From the human T2T-CHM13v2.0 reference genome, Homo sapiens: a stretch of DNA of 64,000 nucleotides. The notes below the pieces were generated by a model. It worked only from the letters and a program-made list of their open reading frames with translations. It was not told the DNA's origin and made no database searches. Made by a program: the position numbers and the translations under genes. Location: NCBI RefSeq assembly GCF_009914755.1, contig NC_060925.1. One strand, given 5' to 3'. Shown here one piece after another: positions 1 through 11,700 of this stretch. The first letter of the stretch is position 1. Each line of letters starts with the position of its first letter.

Positions 1-699
1 CCTATTATATCTGACTAAGGCACACTGGATTGTACAATTCCAGAGAGTGCCATTCCTATCATTAACTCATAAGTGTTCTTTCTGAAGTTACACAGCCTCT
101 ATGGCCGCAGGTGGCCTTGTCTACCTTTGAATTTTGCTTTTAAATCATGGATAATTTATTCACTACAGCAGATGTCCTCTAGTTTAATTAATAATATACC
201 TTAAATTTAATAGAATCCTATCAACGTTTAAATAAAATTATTGAATTAGCGGGGTCTTAAAGTACACGTAGGTGATGACTTATAGAAGGACAAGAGCTAT
301 TGGGTACTTTAGGGAGGGCTGAAGACTGAGGACATAAAATGATTAATTCTTTTGTGGCAGGTGAAATAAGGATAATTATGGGAAAATATAAACAAATATT
401 GATAAAAAAGTATTTGCTAGTCTAGGAGAATGAACTTTGACTTTGTAGTAGGCATTTGAAAAAAAAAAGATTTTAGCTAATTCAAATCCCCATTTAGGAG
501 TTGATTATCAGTTTTGTTTTTCTTTTAAGGTTTCCTGTCTTTCAATGGCATGTAAAGAATCTCTCATTAAAACAACCACTCTCCTAAGTCATTCTTTCCA
601 GTGGTAATGCTGATGTGGTCTGTTGCAAATGAGAAAACCCAAATGAATACAATTTATTTATTTTTATCTACACCGCCTTTGCTATTTTAATAAAGAGAA

Positions 700-890
700 A
701 GTTCTCAAGTCAAAATAAGTTGTACCTAAAATTAAGCATGTCTCCAGAACAATGCCTCTCTATACTACTGCATCGCCGGAGAACTTGTTAGGAACACAAG
801 TTCTCAGAAACTCTGATCATCAAGCCCAGCAATATGCATTCCAATTAACCCCCCAAGTAATGCTGACACAGCTAAAGTTTGAGAAACTTC
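700..890. mobile_element. MER5A-like hAT-Charlie MITE, degraded
   Basis: gaacttgttaggaacacaagttctcag...gcccagcaat...gtaatgctga...ctaaagtttgagaaac resembles MER5A. Confidence 0.65.
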
Positions 891-1510
891 GGCCTAGCAA
901 ATCTATGGTAGCTGAGTGTTTCTTCAATAACTAAGTTGGAAGAAATAGTGACCCAGTACTTGGTTAAAGGAAATTGTAATTTCTTTTCAATATGAACATA
1001 TTCACTGTAAAAATGTTTAGTCACATTTCAAATATACTGGCAAGGATAAGTTCTCATATCCACTTTTCCCCTTTATTGCATGCCATATTATTTGTTTTCA
1101 GGGAAACACTTTACTGTAATTTAAAAGTGCAACATACAGGAACAAAGCATTGTTACCCTAAGCTCTTCATAAAGAAAAAAATTGAACTATAATCATGCCA
1201 CCATTTTATTATTTAGTTACTACAAGTTGGACTATAAATCCTCCCAAGTTTAATATCTGAATTTTGATACTACAGATTCATGGTAATATGTTTAGCAACA
1301 TTACAATTAATACCTGAAAGGAACTGATCCCACATCTATCCTCAGTGAACAATGCTGGGTCTACAAAAGAAAAATCTATTTTAATATTCATGGATCTAGA
1401 TAGCTTATTAAAACCTCAAATTTTAAAAATATAATAAAAGAGAAATATTGGTATATTTAAATTTGGGGGCCTTCACATCACCTAGTAGAAAATTTTAAAG
1501 TAAGTGACCT

Positions 1511-1828
1511 GGTGAGGTGAGGTGGCTCATGCCTGTAATGCCAACACTTTTGGAGGCCAAACTGGGAGGATCACTTGAGTTCAGGATACCAAGACCAGCC
1601 TGAACAATACAGGAGGATTTCATCTCTGCAAATAATTTTTTTAAAAAATAGCTGGATGTGGTGGCACACACCTATGGTTCCACCTACAATGGAGGCTGAG
1701 GTAGGAGGATTGCCTGAGTGGGGGAGGTTGAGGCTGCAATGAGCCATAATCACGGCACTGCACTCCAGCCTGGGCAACAGAGCGAGAACCAGTCCCAAAA
1801 ATAAGTAAATAAATAAATAAATAAATAA
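1511..1828 (+). mobile_element. AluJ, full length, (TAAA)n tail
   Basis: Dimeric Alu with gaggttgaggctgcaatgagc J-type motif; high divergence. Confidence 0.92.
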
Positions 1829-2226
1829 TCCTTAGGAGCTTTGGGAAATTATCCATGAAAGTCATAAAGAATGAAGGGCAAATTAGCTAAGTCATTCCAG
1901 GTGCTCAATGAGGAAGCCATATACACAAACACACACACTCATTAGATATTTATAAATTCATACTGAAGGGAAATCTTCAACATTTACTAAATCTTGAATT
2001 GTTCATGTAGCTTTTTTTTAACAGATAAACTAAGCTAAAAGTTACTGGTTTAACAACTTTCACCATTTTTGAAACAATAATGGGTCAATTCCATATAATA
2101 TACTTTTTTCTATTGTGTAAAGCTGAAGATTTCATACTACCTAGATATTTCTCTGTTATTGACTTGCCTCCTAAGCTTCCATGTGACTATTATTTTTTCC
2201 TTTCTTATCAATTTATTTCCACCAAA

Positions 2227-2235
2227 ACACACACA

Positions 2236-2280
<45 letters not shown>
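2227..2280. repeat. Compound (AC)n(AG)n microsatellite
   Basis: Directly visible. Confidence 0.98.
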
Positions 2281-2282
<2 letters not shown>

Positions 2283-2954
2283 ATATTAAGTTAATAGCTT
2301 CTCTGCCATCTCATCTTAGTTTAAAAAAAGTTAACAGTCCATATTTTAGACATGATTATCATGATTATCAGCTCAATTTAATGATGATTTCCCAGGTTCT
2401 CTTCAGATTTTATCTTTCACTCTCAATGTTTGTGGTCTCCCAAGAAATCTGTGCTTTAATACATGGATAAAGCCAACATTTATGGAAAGGCACAATGAAG
2501 GCTACTCTTCTGTTAAAATCAGCTCCATGTAGAATCATCATAGTAGGGTCTTGTTTTGTTCACTGCCACAGAAAGTTACCTCTAAAAACCTATTACCATA
2601 TTTAACTATAATACACAAGAAAACTTTTTCATACCCAAAGGCAAACATTTTGCATCTATTTACCTTATTTGCACTGCAAATTTTCAAATAAGGCACAAAA
2701 TAAGAGCCTACGTTCAACATCTTTCAACATTCAACATGTGTTGTGTAGCAAATATTTCAAGAGATGAATGTACCATTGCGATTCTTATTTTTATATCCTG
2801 CAGAAACATTTGCATTGTAGAGCTATTCTTAACTTATTACATAAACTTTCTCTGTGCAAAATTCCTATTAATGTGAATGCAAATAACCAATCAAACTAAT
2901 TTTGCATAAAGATAAATGAAGAAAGCAAAATTGCCTAGACAAATAGTCTAAGCA

Positions 2955-3140
2955 GATTTTGTTCTCAAGGGAACATTCGGCAATATATGGATATCACCAT
3001 AGTGGGAGGGGATACTATTGGCATCTACTGGGGAGAGGTCAATAATGCTGATAAAAATCCTCCAATGCACAGCAAATTTCCTCAGGACAAAGAATTATCT
3101 GGTCCAAAATATCAATAGTGGCACCTGTTGAGAAATTCGG
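2955..3140. mobile_element. MER20 hAT MITE
   Basis: tactattggcatctactgggagaggtca...atgctg...tgcacag...acaaagaattatctggtccaaaatatcaatagtg...gttgagaaa. Confidence 0.8.
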
Positions 3141-3672
3141 GCCCAGAGAAAAATAAAGTGTTCTCTAGGCCAATATGAATTGGCCATAGTTACTGTAATT
3201 TCCATGTTTCCTACTTGAAAAATGAAAGCCTTCCATCACAGCAGTGTAACCCTGCAACATGAGTGAAATTCACTTTTCTTATACTCAAAATCTCCACTTC
3301 CACTCTAATTCTCAACTCCTGGGGAGAGCTTTCCTTCTAAGTGCAGAAACTATGACTAATTATTACAGACAAGCATTGAATCTTTATTGACTAACTAACA
3401 TTTTTGCACTGGCATTTTGAATTATGTGGTACATTGCCTTGTGTGAATGTTCAGCTTTGTTAATCACTTTCTTTTACTGAAAAGGAAGTTATTACATTAT
3501 GAAATTACTGCTCCTTATAAAAAAAGTAGTAATTTCACTATCTATATAATTACTATTCCTAATAAGACTTTTATTTCTATTTCATCTCTTTCTAAATTTT
3601 CTTTGTGATTGACAATTAGTTGACAAAATACTAAACCACAGCCAAATTTCTAAACAATATAAGCTGTTGATC

Positions 3673-3740
3673 AAAATATACCTTTCACTGTGCCTTTAAA
3701 AAATTCTTGGTTTTTAAAGGCACAGTGAAAGGCATATTTT
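3673..3740. repeat. Inverted repeat, 30-bp arms, 8-nt loop, one mismatch
   Basis: aaaatatacctttcactgtgcctttaaaaa / tttttaaaggcacagtgaaaggcatatttt. Confidence 0.97.
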
Positions 3741-5617
3741 CTAGAAATGTTTTCTCTACTGTACATTATAACCTTTTTATTTTTTAGCCAAAGGATGTTT
3801 CTAGGCTCCCCTGGCTAAAGATGTCACTCAAAATTTAGTGTAATTTTGCAACATAAAGATAACAGTAGACAAATGTTGCTGTGAATTTACAATTTATCTA
3901 GCAATATAAAAATAGAAAATTGGGAATAATGTATTTTTGTGCAATCTGATTTCAAGTTTCATTGAGTTATGTCCTTCAGTGCTATTTGTAGAATATGGGC
4001 AGGTGATACACAGCTGCACTTCCTGTCCCTGAAGATTCTAGGAAAGGCAATTGGCGTGAAGCCTAATTATTTCTGCTATATTTGATTATAGATACCTTTA
4101 TTAACACCACAGATACTGCACCCCTACAAACTCTGATGATATCTTCATATCAGTTGTTACAGAGAAGTCTATAGAAGTAACAGGAAAAAATAATCATGTT
4201 CATCCTCCTTTGTGATGATTTCCCTGTACTTTTTTGGCTAAGAGAATTCAATTTTCCATATATACAAATTAATTATATGATAGTAGTGTATATTTTTGAT
4301 ATATTATTATTTAAATTATGACAGCCATTGAGACAATTCAGATCTTGATGATATTCATCTGAATTTGGAGACCATAAAATATAAATTAAGCCTGCCGACT
4401 GCCACATGATTCTGATTTCTTAAAAAAAGTGATTATTTTTATTTCACTGAGATGTGTCCTTGGTGTTTTGAGACTGAAACATATGCTCTGAATAAATAAC
4501 AGGTAGCACTTAATTGTGGAGACGGAGAACGCTTTAAGTATTGTTATTTCATCAAAATGTTCATCTTTAACTGAAGAGATGACCATATTTTAAACATTTG
4601 AATCAAAATATGTTTAGGTTTAGAAAGCTAATCAAATTATGATTACCTAAATACATTGAAGACTTGCATTGTTAATCCTAAGGCAGTCTTGAAGCCTTTT
4701 GGAGCAACGACTTTTTGCTCTTCTAGTTTTCAAAAATCCTCATTTTCAGTAATATCACCACACACATTTTTGTATGATATTTGCAGTATTAATCTGAGTG
4801 GATATTTCCTTTAAAATTTCTTTATTTCTCCAGAAAAACTAGAAAGCCAGTTTAGGGGTATAATTTAAATTTTAAAAGCCTTGTTTAACAAAAATATTTA
4901 CTGGTATATTTAATATGTTGGTTTAAAAAATATTATATCTATTAAATCTTCAAGAACAAACTATATTTTCTGCAGAATAAAACTGATTGTCTCCAATAAT
5001 AGGATCTAGCTGTTTATTGATAATGCATTTCCTCCCCACCTCACCACTGCCAAATTTTATGGGAATTCTTATAAATGAGAAGATGAGATTTTTTTTCTCC
5101 TTCTTTTTTCTTTTTTAAGAATACAAAGCTAATAATAGAAAAAAAAACTTCTGATTTCCACCAAAACTGATTAAATAGCTTACCTTCTTTTCTTCTGGGT
5201 AATCCCTTTGTTCTGGTTAAAACTACAGAACTGTGAGTAATAAATAACTGGAATACACAAAAGTGAAATAGGGATTGTACTGGTATCCAAAAATATATTT
5301 ATGTACAGAATTTGGTTGGTTTATATATTTTATACATATACAGAGGTCAGAAGATTTATTAGAAATTCAAGTAAGTTTTGCTATACGAATAATACACTCA
5401 GGCAATTCAATATATATTCTTGCCTATGTTGAATGATGGACGGTTACATTTTACTGTGTATATATTTTGATGATTATATTTCTTCTCAAACAGTCCTAAC
5501 CAGTTTCTGAGAAAGTATTTTCTTTGCCTAAATATATGCAAAACTATAATTAAGCCAACAGCACTTATAGACAAGCTAAATGGCTTAGGACAGTTGATTT
5601 TTTGTGCATCATTTTCT

Positions 5618-5866
5618 TCATCTGAATATGAGAGTTGTATATACAGTTTCTATACTTTCTACCAGCTCTGAGATTCTGTTAATTCTAATGAAAAATAAGA
5701 ATAAAGACAAATTATACATTGAAATTCTCAAGATCATAGTGAATATTATGCAAGGTAGACAGGTACCTACATTTATCATTTTGTTGGTGATCCTGCTTCT
5801 ATCAAAATTCATGCCACAAATTACTTCATCTACAAATATTCCTGACACCCATAGAGCACAACACAT
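5618..5866 (-). CDS. 82-aa ORF, probably the putative 'FAMLF' peptide; translation doubtful
   Basis: ATG-initiated 249-nt ORF ~1.2 kb downstream of exon 2 in transcript sense; length matches my recollection of the reported FAMLF product; many upstream AUGs; no recognisable homology. Confidence 0.25.
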   Translation of the reverse strand: MCCALWVSGIFVDEVICGMNFDRSRITNKMINVGTCLPCIIFTMILRISMYNLSLFLFFIRINRISELVESIETVYTTLIFR

Positions 5867-7079
5867 TAAAAAATGGACTAGTGGACTGGGGAGGCCCTTC
5901 TGAGATGCACTGTCTCCTTTCTAAACATACTCTATTTTCTGGGGACATCCAGCATGGAACAGTAGTCAGAGGCCAAGAACTACAGTAAAAAAAGGGGGTG
6001 GGAAAAGGGGAATGAGAGGAAGGAAAGTAAAATATAGAATTGTCAAAGAGGTAAAATCAAGTGGAAAGTGTGGGGACACAGGAATGGGGCGGGGAATAGA
6101 AACCAACTGGGAAATGGATTCAGCGAGAACTACCTACAGCACATCTTCAAAACTGGGAGCCTGATTCACTGTCAGACGCAGAAGTGTCTTCTTCCCAGAC
6201 TCTGAGCTCCAGTAGCCACATCTTTAAATTGCCTGACTCCAACAGCTGATTTGGTTGCCACCACATAAATAGAAATTATAGCTTTCAACCCTTCATTTTA
6301 TCTCTCTTACCTATAATCCTCTAGTTCCAGTCTGTCTGACCACTTGACAAAGGTTTCTTCGTTTTTGTTTTGTTTTGTTTCAACATTAGTGCAGCATTGG
6401 GGGAACACTTAAATACGTTTTACACATAGAGAACAGTAGACAGCCCTGGAAACCCTAGACGAGAAAAGATATATCCTGCTGGGAACATAAAATGGCGCAC
6501 AGGACACACACTAATGATTCTTGTAATTGAGATTGTCATGTGTCTTATTAAAAGCCATCATTTACCTGGAGGTCTTTCTTGAAAAAAAATGCAAAGATGC
6601 TTTACAGATTTTACTTAAGAATGTTTCTCAAAGCCTTACTGATCTATTTTCATAGGTATGTTGTTTGGTTAGGTCCTTCAAAGGGCTTCAAGGTTTACTT
6701 TTATATTTAAAAAGAGTGAAGATGAAAGCTATTATTTGAATACAGCATTGCATTCAGTGGCACCAAGATGCTTATTACAAGTGCCCCGATGAGACAGTCG
6801 AAGCGTCTCATGGAAGCCAGTCTCCTCTAATGTGTATTTTGGTGCCCTGTCTGCTGGTTCGCCTAAGTGATGTGGCATACATTTGATGAAAGGACAGTAA
6901 ATGACATCAATTATAAAAGACATCTACTAATGAGAGGAAGAAGAGGAAGAGAGAGAAATTGAAAAAAAGAATAAGAAATTCTCTGAAATGGAAACAGCAA
7001 AGCACTTCGATTGAACTAAAAGAAATGACGTACCTTAATCATGCCCTAATTTTAGGGTACCACCAACCAAGCTACTCAC

Positions 7080-7192
7080 TCTTCTTTGGAAAGATGACGT
7101 GTTTCTTCAACTTCTGTACAACTGTCATTGAAGATTTAAATCAATCTCCCTTCAGTTTCCATCATTGATTGTTGGTAATTTTGCCAGGATCT
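7080..7192 (-). ncRNA. MIR181A1HG: Exon 2 (113 nt, non-coding) of the minus-strand lncRNA
   Basis: U-rich tract + CAG acceptor at 7193; GTGAGT donor starting at 7079; all three frames closed. Confidence 0.7.
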
Positions 7193-8584
7193 CTGTACAA
7201 AACAAAACAAAAAGATATTATGTGAAACTCAGGCCATGCTGAGCAAATTAGCTGAAATTTATTTTTATCCTCTTATGGGGATGTTTTCCAGTTCAACAAT
7301 CCATAGGGATCTGCCAACTTTTCACATTCTAAATTTTCTCCTTTCTAGGGCTACTAATTTGGTCGCAGAAAACATATTTTTTTCTCTATAAATAAGCTTT
7401 GTCAAATAACAACCAGAGATTAGTGAAAAGATAAACTAGTTTTGGATATTTCTGGCATACTAATTGAATACAAGGTCCACATTTTCTCTCAATGCATATG
7501 CCATGCATAAAAACACTTAAAAATATTACATTAAATATTAGCATAATTGTTAAGGAAATCTAAGATTTTATTCTCATACATCTTATATAAATATACTTGC
7601 TTTTTAATCAACCAGTATCTCTAAAGAGACTTTATCTACCTAATAATAATAATATTATTTTATGTTAAAATCATTCTTCTAGTCTATGATAATAAATTTT
7701 CAAATAAGAAAATATTAAATGTGATTAAGCAGTGTGGTTTTTCCCCCTTCAATTGGGCTAAATAAAGACAAACAAATCTGTTTCTTTTCTTTTCAATATT
7801 GAAGTATAGAATCCTGATATTTTGCTTAAAAAAATACTGTAAGAGACTGCTTAGAATTTATAAGTTTGATGACCTTCTTAGGTTAGTCATTACATATCTC
7901 TGCAGGAATGCATTTCTATTACTTTTTTCTTGAACATTTTCTATATTACAATATGTTTTATTCCCATGATATTCTATATTCAAAGCTCTAGAGACTGCTT
8001 AGGAAGCACAACTAAAGATGTGTGAATGACCCTGTTGGCTGAAACGCAAGGAAGTGTATTGAAAAGCTTCACATGTCATCCAGTGCTGTTCTTGCCTTCC
8101 AAGGCAGAGGCAGTGCGCTTGGCAGTCTGGGAAAGGGCATAATCTTGCCCGCATTTTCTGGATGGATTTTTGGGTCACTCTGGTTCACACTGGCTCACTC
8201 AGCTATTCTGTGTACATATACTTAGTAGTGAAATGACTAAAAAAGGAAGGGTGAGTTAATATCAACCAATCATGTAAACAAATATAAATAAATAAAGCAG
8301 ATATACTTTAAGAAATTAAAAGTCACAGAGTATCAGATTTAATTTTATAGCATGTGAAACATTCTGAAAAGTGAACAAATACACAAATCAACTGGTCTTT
8401 GGTGTAGTGACTACATAGCTTTGGACTGATTTATTTTACTGTATTCACCAGGGACTTCCTGTCCTTATTAATACACTGAACTGTTCTGCATATTAAGCTT
8501 AAAAGTTTTAAAAGACAACAAAAGTATTGCACACTCTCTTCAACTCCACATATTAGCATTTTGTAGTCAGTGCTGGCTTTGTAG

Positions 8585-8720
8585 ATTTAGTCCCCATTTT
8601 CTTCAGTTGGCAAAATTCTTCATATTACAGACAGATAAACTAAGGCTCTAAAACTCAGTAAGATTTCAGAGTAGCTGAATAGGGCTAAAAAGTCCAAATT
8701 CCCAAACCAGTGCTCCCATT
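8585..8720 (-). mobile_element. MIR fragment
   Basis: catattacagacagataaactaaggctc resembles the MIR core; heavily degraded. Confidence 0.45.
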
Positions 8721-11700
8721 TGATAAACAAATAGATGAATACTCACATTATTTTAATATCTCAAATGAAATATTAATTTTATTAATTAATATTTTAAACA
8801 CCTTGGTTAAATACTCCATAGTATTCTTCTTAGATTCGAAATGATACTGAAAATGTATCCTGACATGAATGTTGCTCTGAGACTTTAAGGGTTTGTATAA
8901 AACATTTAACAGACATAGGGTTTACCTAATATTCTCTTTCCTTTCAATTTCCTTTCAATTATCTCTCATTAGATTATAAAGTAATTTCTTAGTCTCTTTT
9001 CTCTGTCTGATCCTCCTATTGACCAAAGAAATTTAAGAAATTCAGGAGCTAGGAAGGGGATGAGAGTGAACAAAGTGTGTTCTCAATTTTTAAAAAATTT
9101 GTTTTAAAACTTTCTTTTTAATTAAAATATCCCCAGTGCAATTTCTTGGTCTACTACTCCTGCCAGCTACTATTAATTATACTTTCACCTGTTAGGGGTC
9201 TAACACTCTCTAAAACATATTAAGCCAAGTTTTCTGTAAGTGTTGAGCCTATCTGTTAAGAACAAAATGATACTGAATGGATTTGGGTGAATATGTAAGC
9301 GGACAGGAAGAAAAGCGTAATCTTCCTTAGTAAATGACAAACTTTCTTTGTCTCCCAGTCCTAGGCTTTGTACCTACACACTGCCTGGTGTGGTGTGGAG
9401 GCCGACCAGACGGCCTTCACTGTTAGATGCCAGAAGAAGGGACTGCAGAAGCCAAGGCCCTGGGCACACAAGCTAAAACTTGCATGCTTGGCAAGGCTCA
9501 GATGCCAGGTTTGAATCTCTAATAAACCACTCGCTGCCTCTCCAGTAATGATACCCTGGGGCTGCTGGGAGGGGATTCTTTTTATAGGAAACATACTCAT
9601 AAGGATTTAATATTATCTTTCAGAACCCTTTGATTTAATGGTTTTTTTAAAAAAACTTTTCCCCCTTATTTTGTAGACCCTGTGATGTGAGCCAGTGTTA
9701 ATTCCTAATCCAACAGTAGTATATAATCAACATCTCTCTACTGAGCTCAATATTCCTTTTCCTTTTCAGCCGTGTGCTTAAAAAAAAAAATAAAATATCT
9801 TGCCACTGAATGTCTTTTTACAGACTGAAAAGACTTTTAGGTTAAACAACATTTGTTAGGCTTTGATGCAATCAAATGCAATTTCAATCTTGAATTATTC
9901 AGCCCTGCCTCTCTGAAATTGCACATATGTGTCAGCTTTCAATTTTTCTCACTAGTGTTTTACACATGAAATCTATTTTCACTGAGAAAATGGAATCTTT
10001 GTGTCTTTGTCTCTAGGAGCGCTGCTTTCAGGCATGTTCTGGCAGGGGCTTTGACTGTCTAGGCACTGGGGGAGGGGCCTGGCAGTCATTTGTCAGCTTT
10101 TCTTGCATCTGTAATTTCTGGCCACTCAGCAGTATTAGAAGGTCTTAGAAAGGGGGTGAGGAGGGTGCGGGGAAGAGCTTGTCATTGATGAAAGCCAAAC
10201 CCCGAATAACTGCCCAATGTTAATGACCAAAGAGAGGAGAGTCTGAAAAACTTTTATTGTGCTTTAATGAAAAAGACTTTTTGGAAATGGCTAATTTACA
10301 AAATTGCACATGGTAACATTTTCAGATCTCAGTTTAGAAAGCCCCTGTCCATATTGTGTTACCGATTTCATTGCTTTTAGCTTGGCAAGGGCTCATGAAA
10401 CTATTTTAATTTTCCACCAGTGGCTTCTGGTTATTTCTGCTCTTATTTCCTTGTAACAAAACTGACAGCCCAATTAAACATCTGCATTTCTTAATCTGAA
10501 TTTCCCCCATAACTATTTTGCTTTTCTTCTAAAACTTCCAGATGTTTTGGTTCCTTTATAATTTTAATGCATGCGAGTATATTTCTTCCCATTTCAAAGA
10601 GAGAGAGAAAGAGAGAGCTAGACGGACTGACCAGATGTTTCTATATGAAAAGCTTTGTAATACACCAATAATCAGGTCAGTATTTTTGTCTCTTTATGAG
10701 AATATTTACATTAGAATACATCTCATTGTCTTTCAGCACTTTACAATTTGAGTCGATCTGTGCAACTTATTTTTGTGGGCCATTAGATTTCAGAATTCAC
10801 ATTGTGATCTGTTAATTAATCCTTGTGGCAAATGAAGAAAGTAACCAACTCTGTTATCTCAGTATCTAGTAACCAGGATAGAAGCTGCTGTGATTTGTTT
10901 CTTATTACTTGTCTTTTTACCCCCTCTGTGGGAAATAAGAAGTTGTAGGTTATGTGAAGCAACAATGTATTTAAATTCATTTTCCAGATTTGTACAAACA
11001 TGGACGGAATCATCAATATCTTGCCTTGAAGTGTCTGGACAAGAGTTTAAAGAGTCTCTTGTATATTTCAAGAAAACCTGTTTCCCATAATTAATAACAG
11101 GAAGCCTGGTAAACAGACTTTTGCTGACAAATGAAACTGAAACAGTAACATATACACAGAAACATGGGAAAAGAAAACAATGCAGCATTGTATGGTTATT
11201 CCAGAAGAGTAGCTCGGTTTGGATACACTTATGCAATACTCACATAAAACCTCAAAGCCCAAGATTATTAATTATATATTTCTGACCATGTAAACACATA
11301 CTTGCAGAGTACAATCATTTATCCCACTGCTTACTATTTGAAAATGATCTCTGGCTATTTAGACATTTAACATTTAGGCAGAAAATCATTATTTCCTGGA
11401 ATATAGATTTTCCAGACTATCAAGTAAACATGAAGAAAGACAATTTTAAAAAAAATTATTATAAGATTGTGAAAGTCCATTCTTGATGCATACTTCTGGA
11501 AATGAAATGGGAACACATAATAAGATAATTTTGGTGTAACTTTTTTTTTGGGGGGGTGAGGAATGTATATCCAATTTGGGGAGCGTATATTTATGAGGTC
11601 TCAGGCACACTAAATGCAACAGTCATTAATTAGACAATTCACTGTGCAACTTGACCCATTTGTGCTTAAAGCTCTGGACAATGCTTCCCCTGGAAGTAAT

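Noticed and set aside
2726-2735. aacattcaac equals the first 10 nt of miR-181a, i.e. a seed-match site on the host strand
   Set aside because: No precursor hairpin or rest of the mature sequence; it sits in a short ttcaacat tandem, and the same 10-mer occurs in reverse near 51168, consistent with chance
10542-11262. Cluster of overlapping 64-125 aa ORFs on both strands
   Set aside because: No recognisable protein features or convincing exon boundaries; expected by chance
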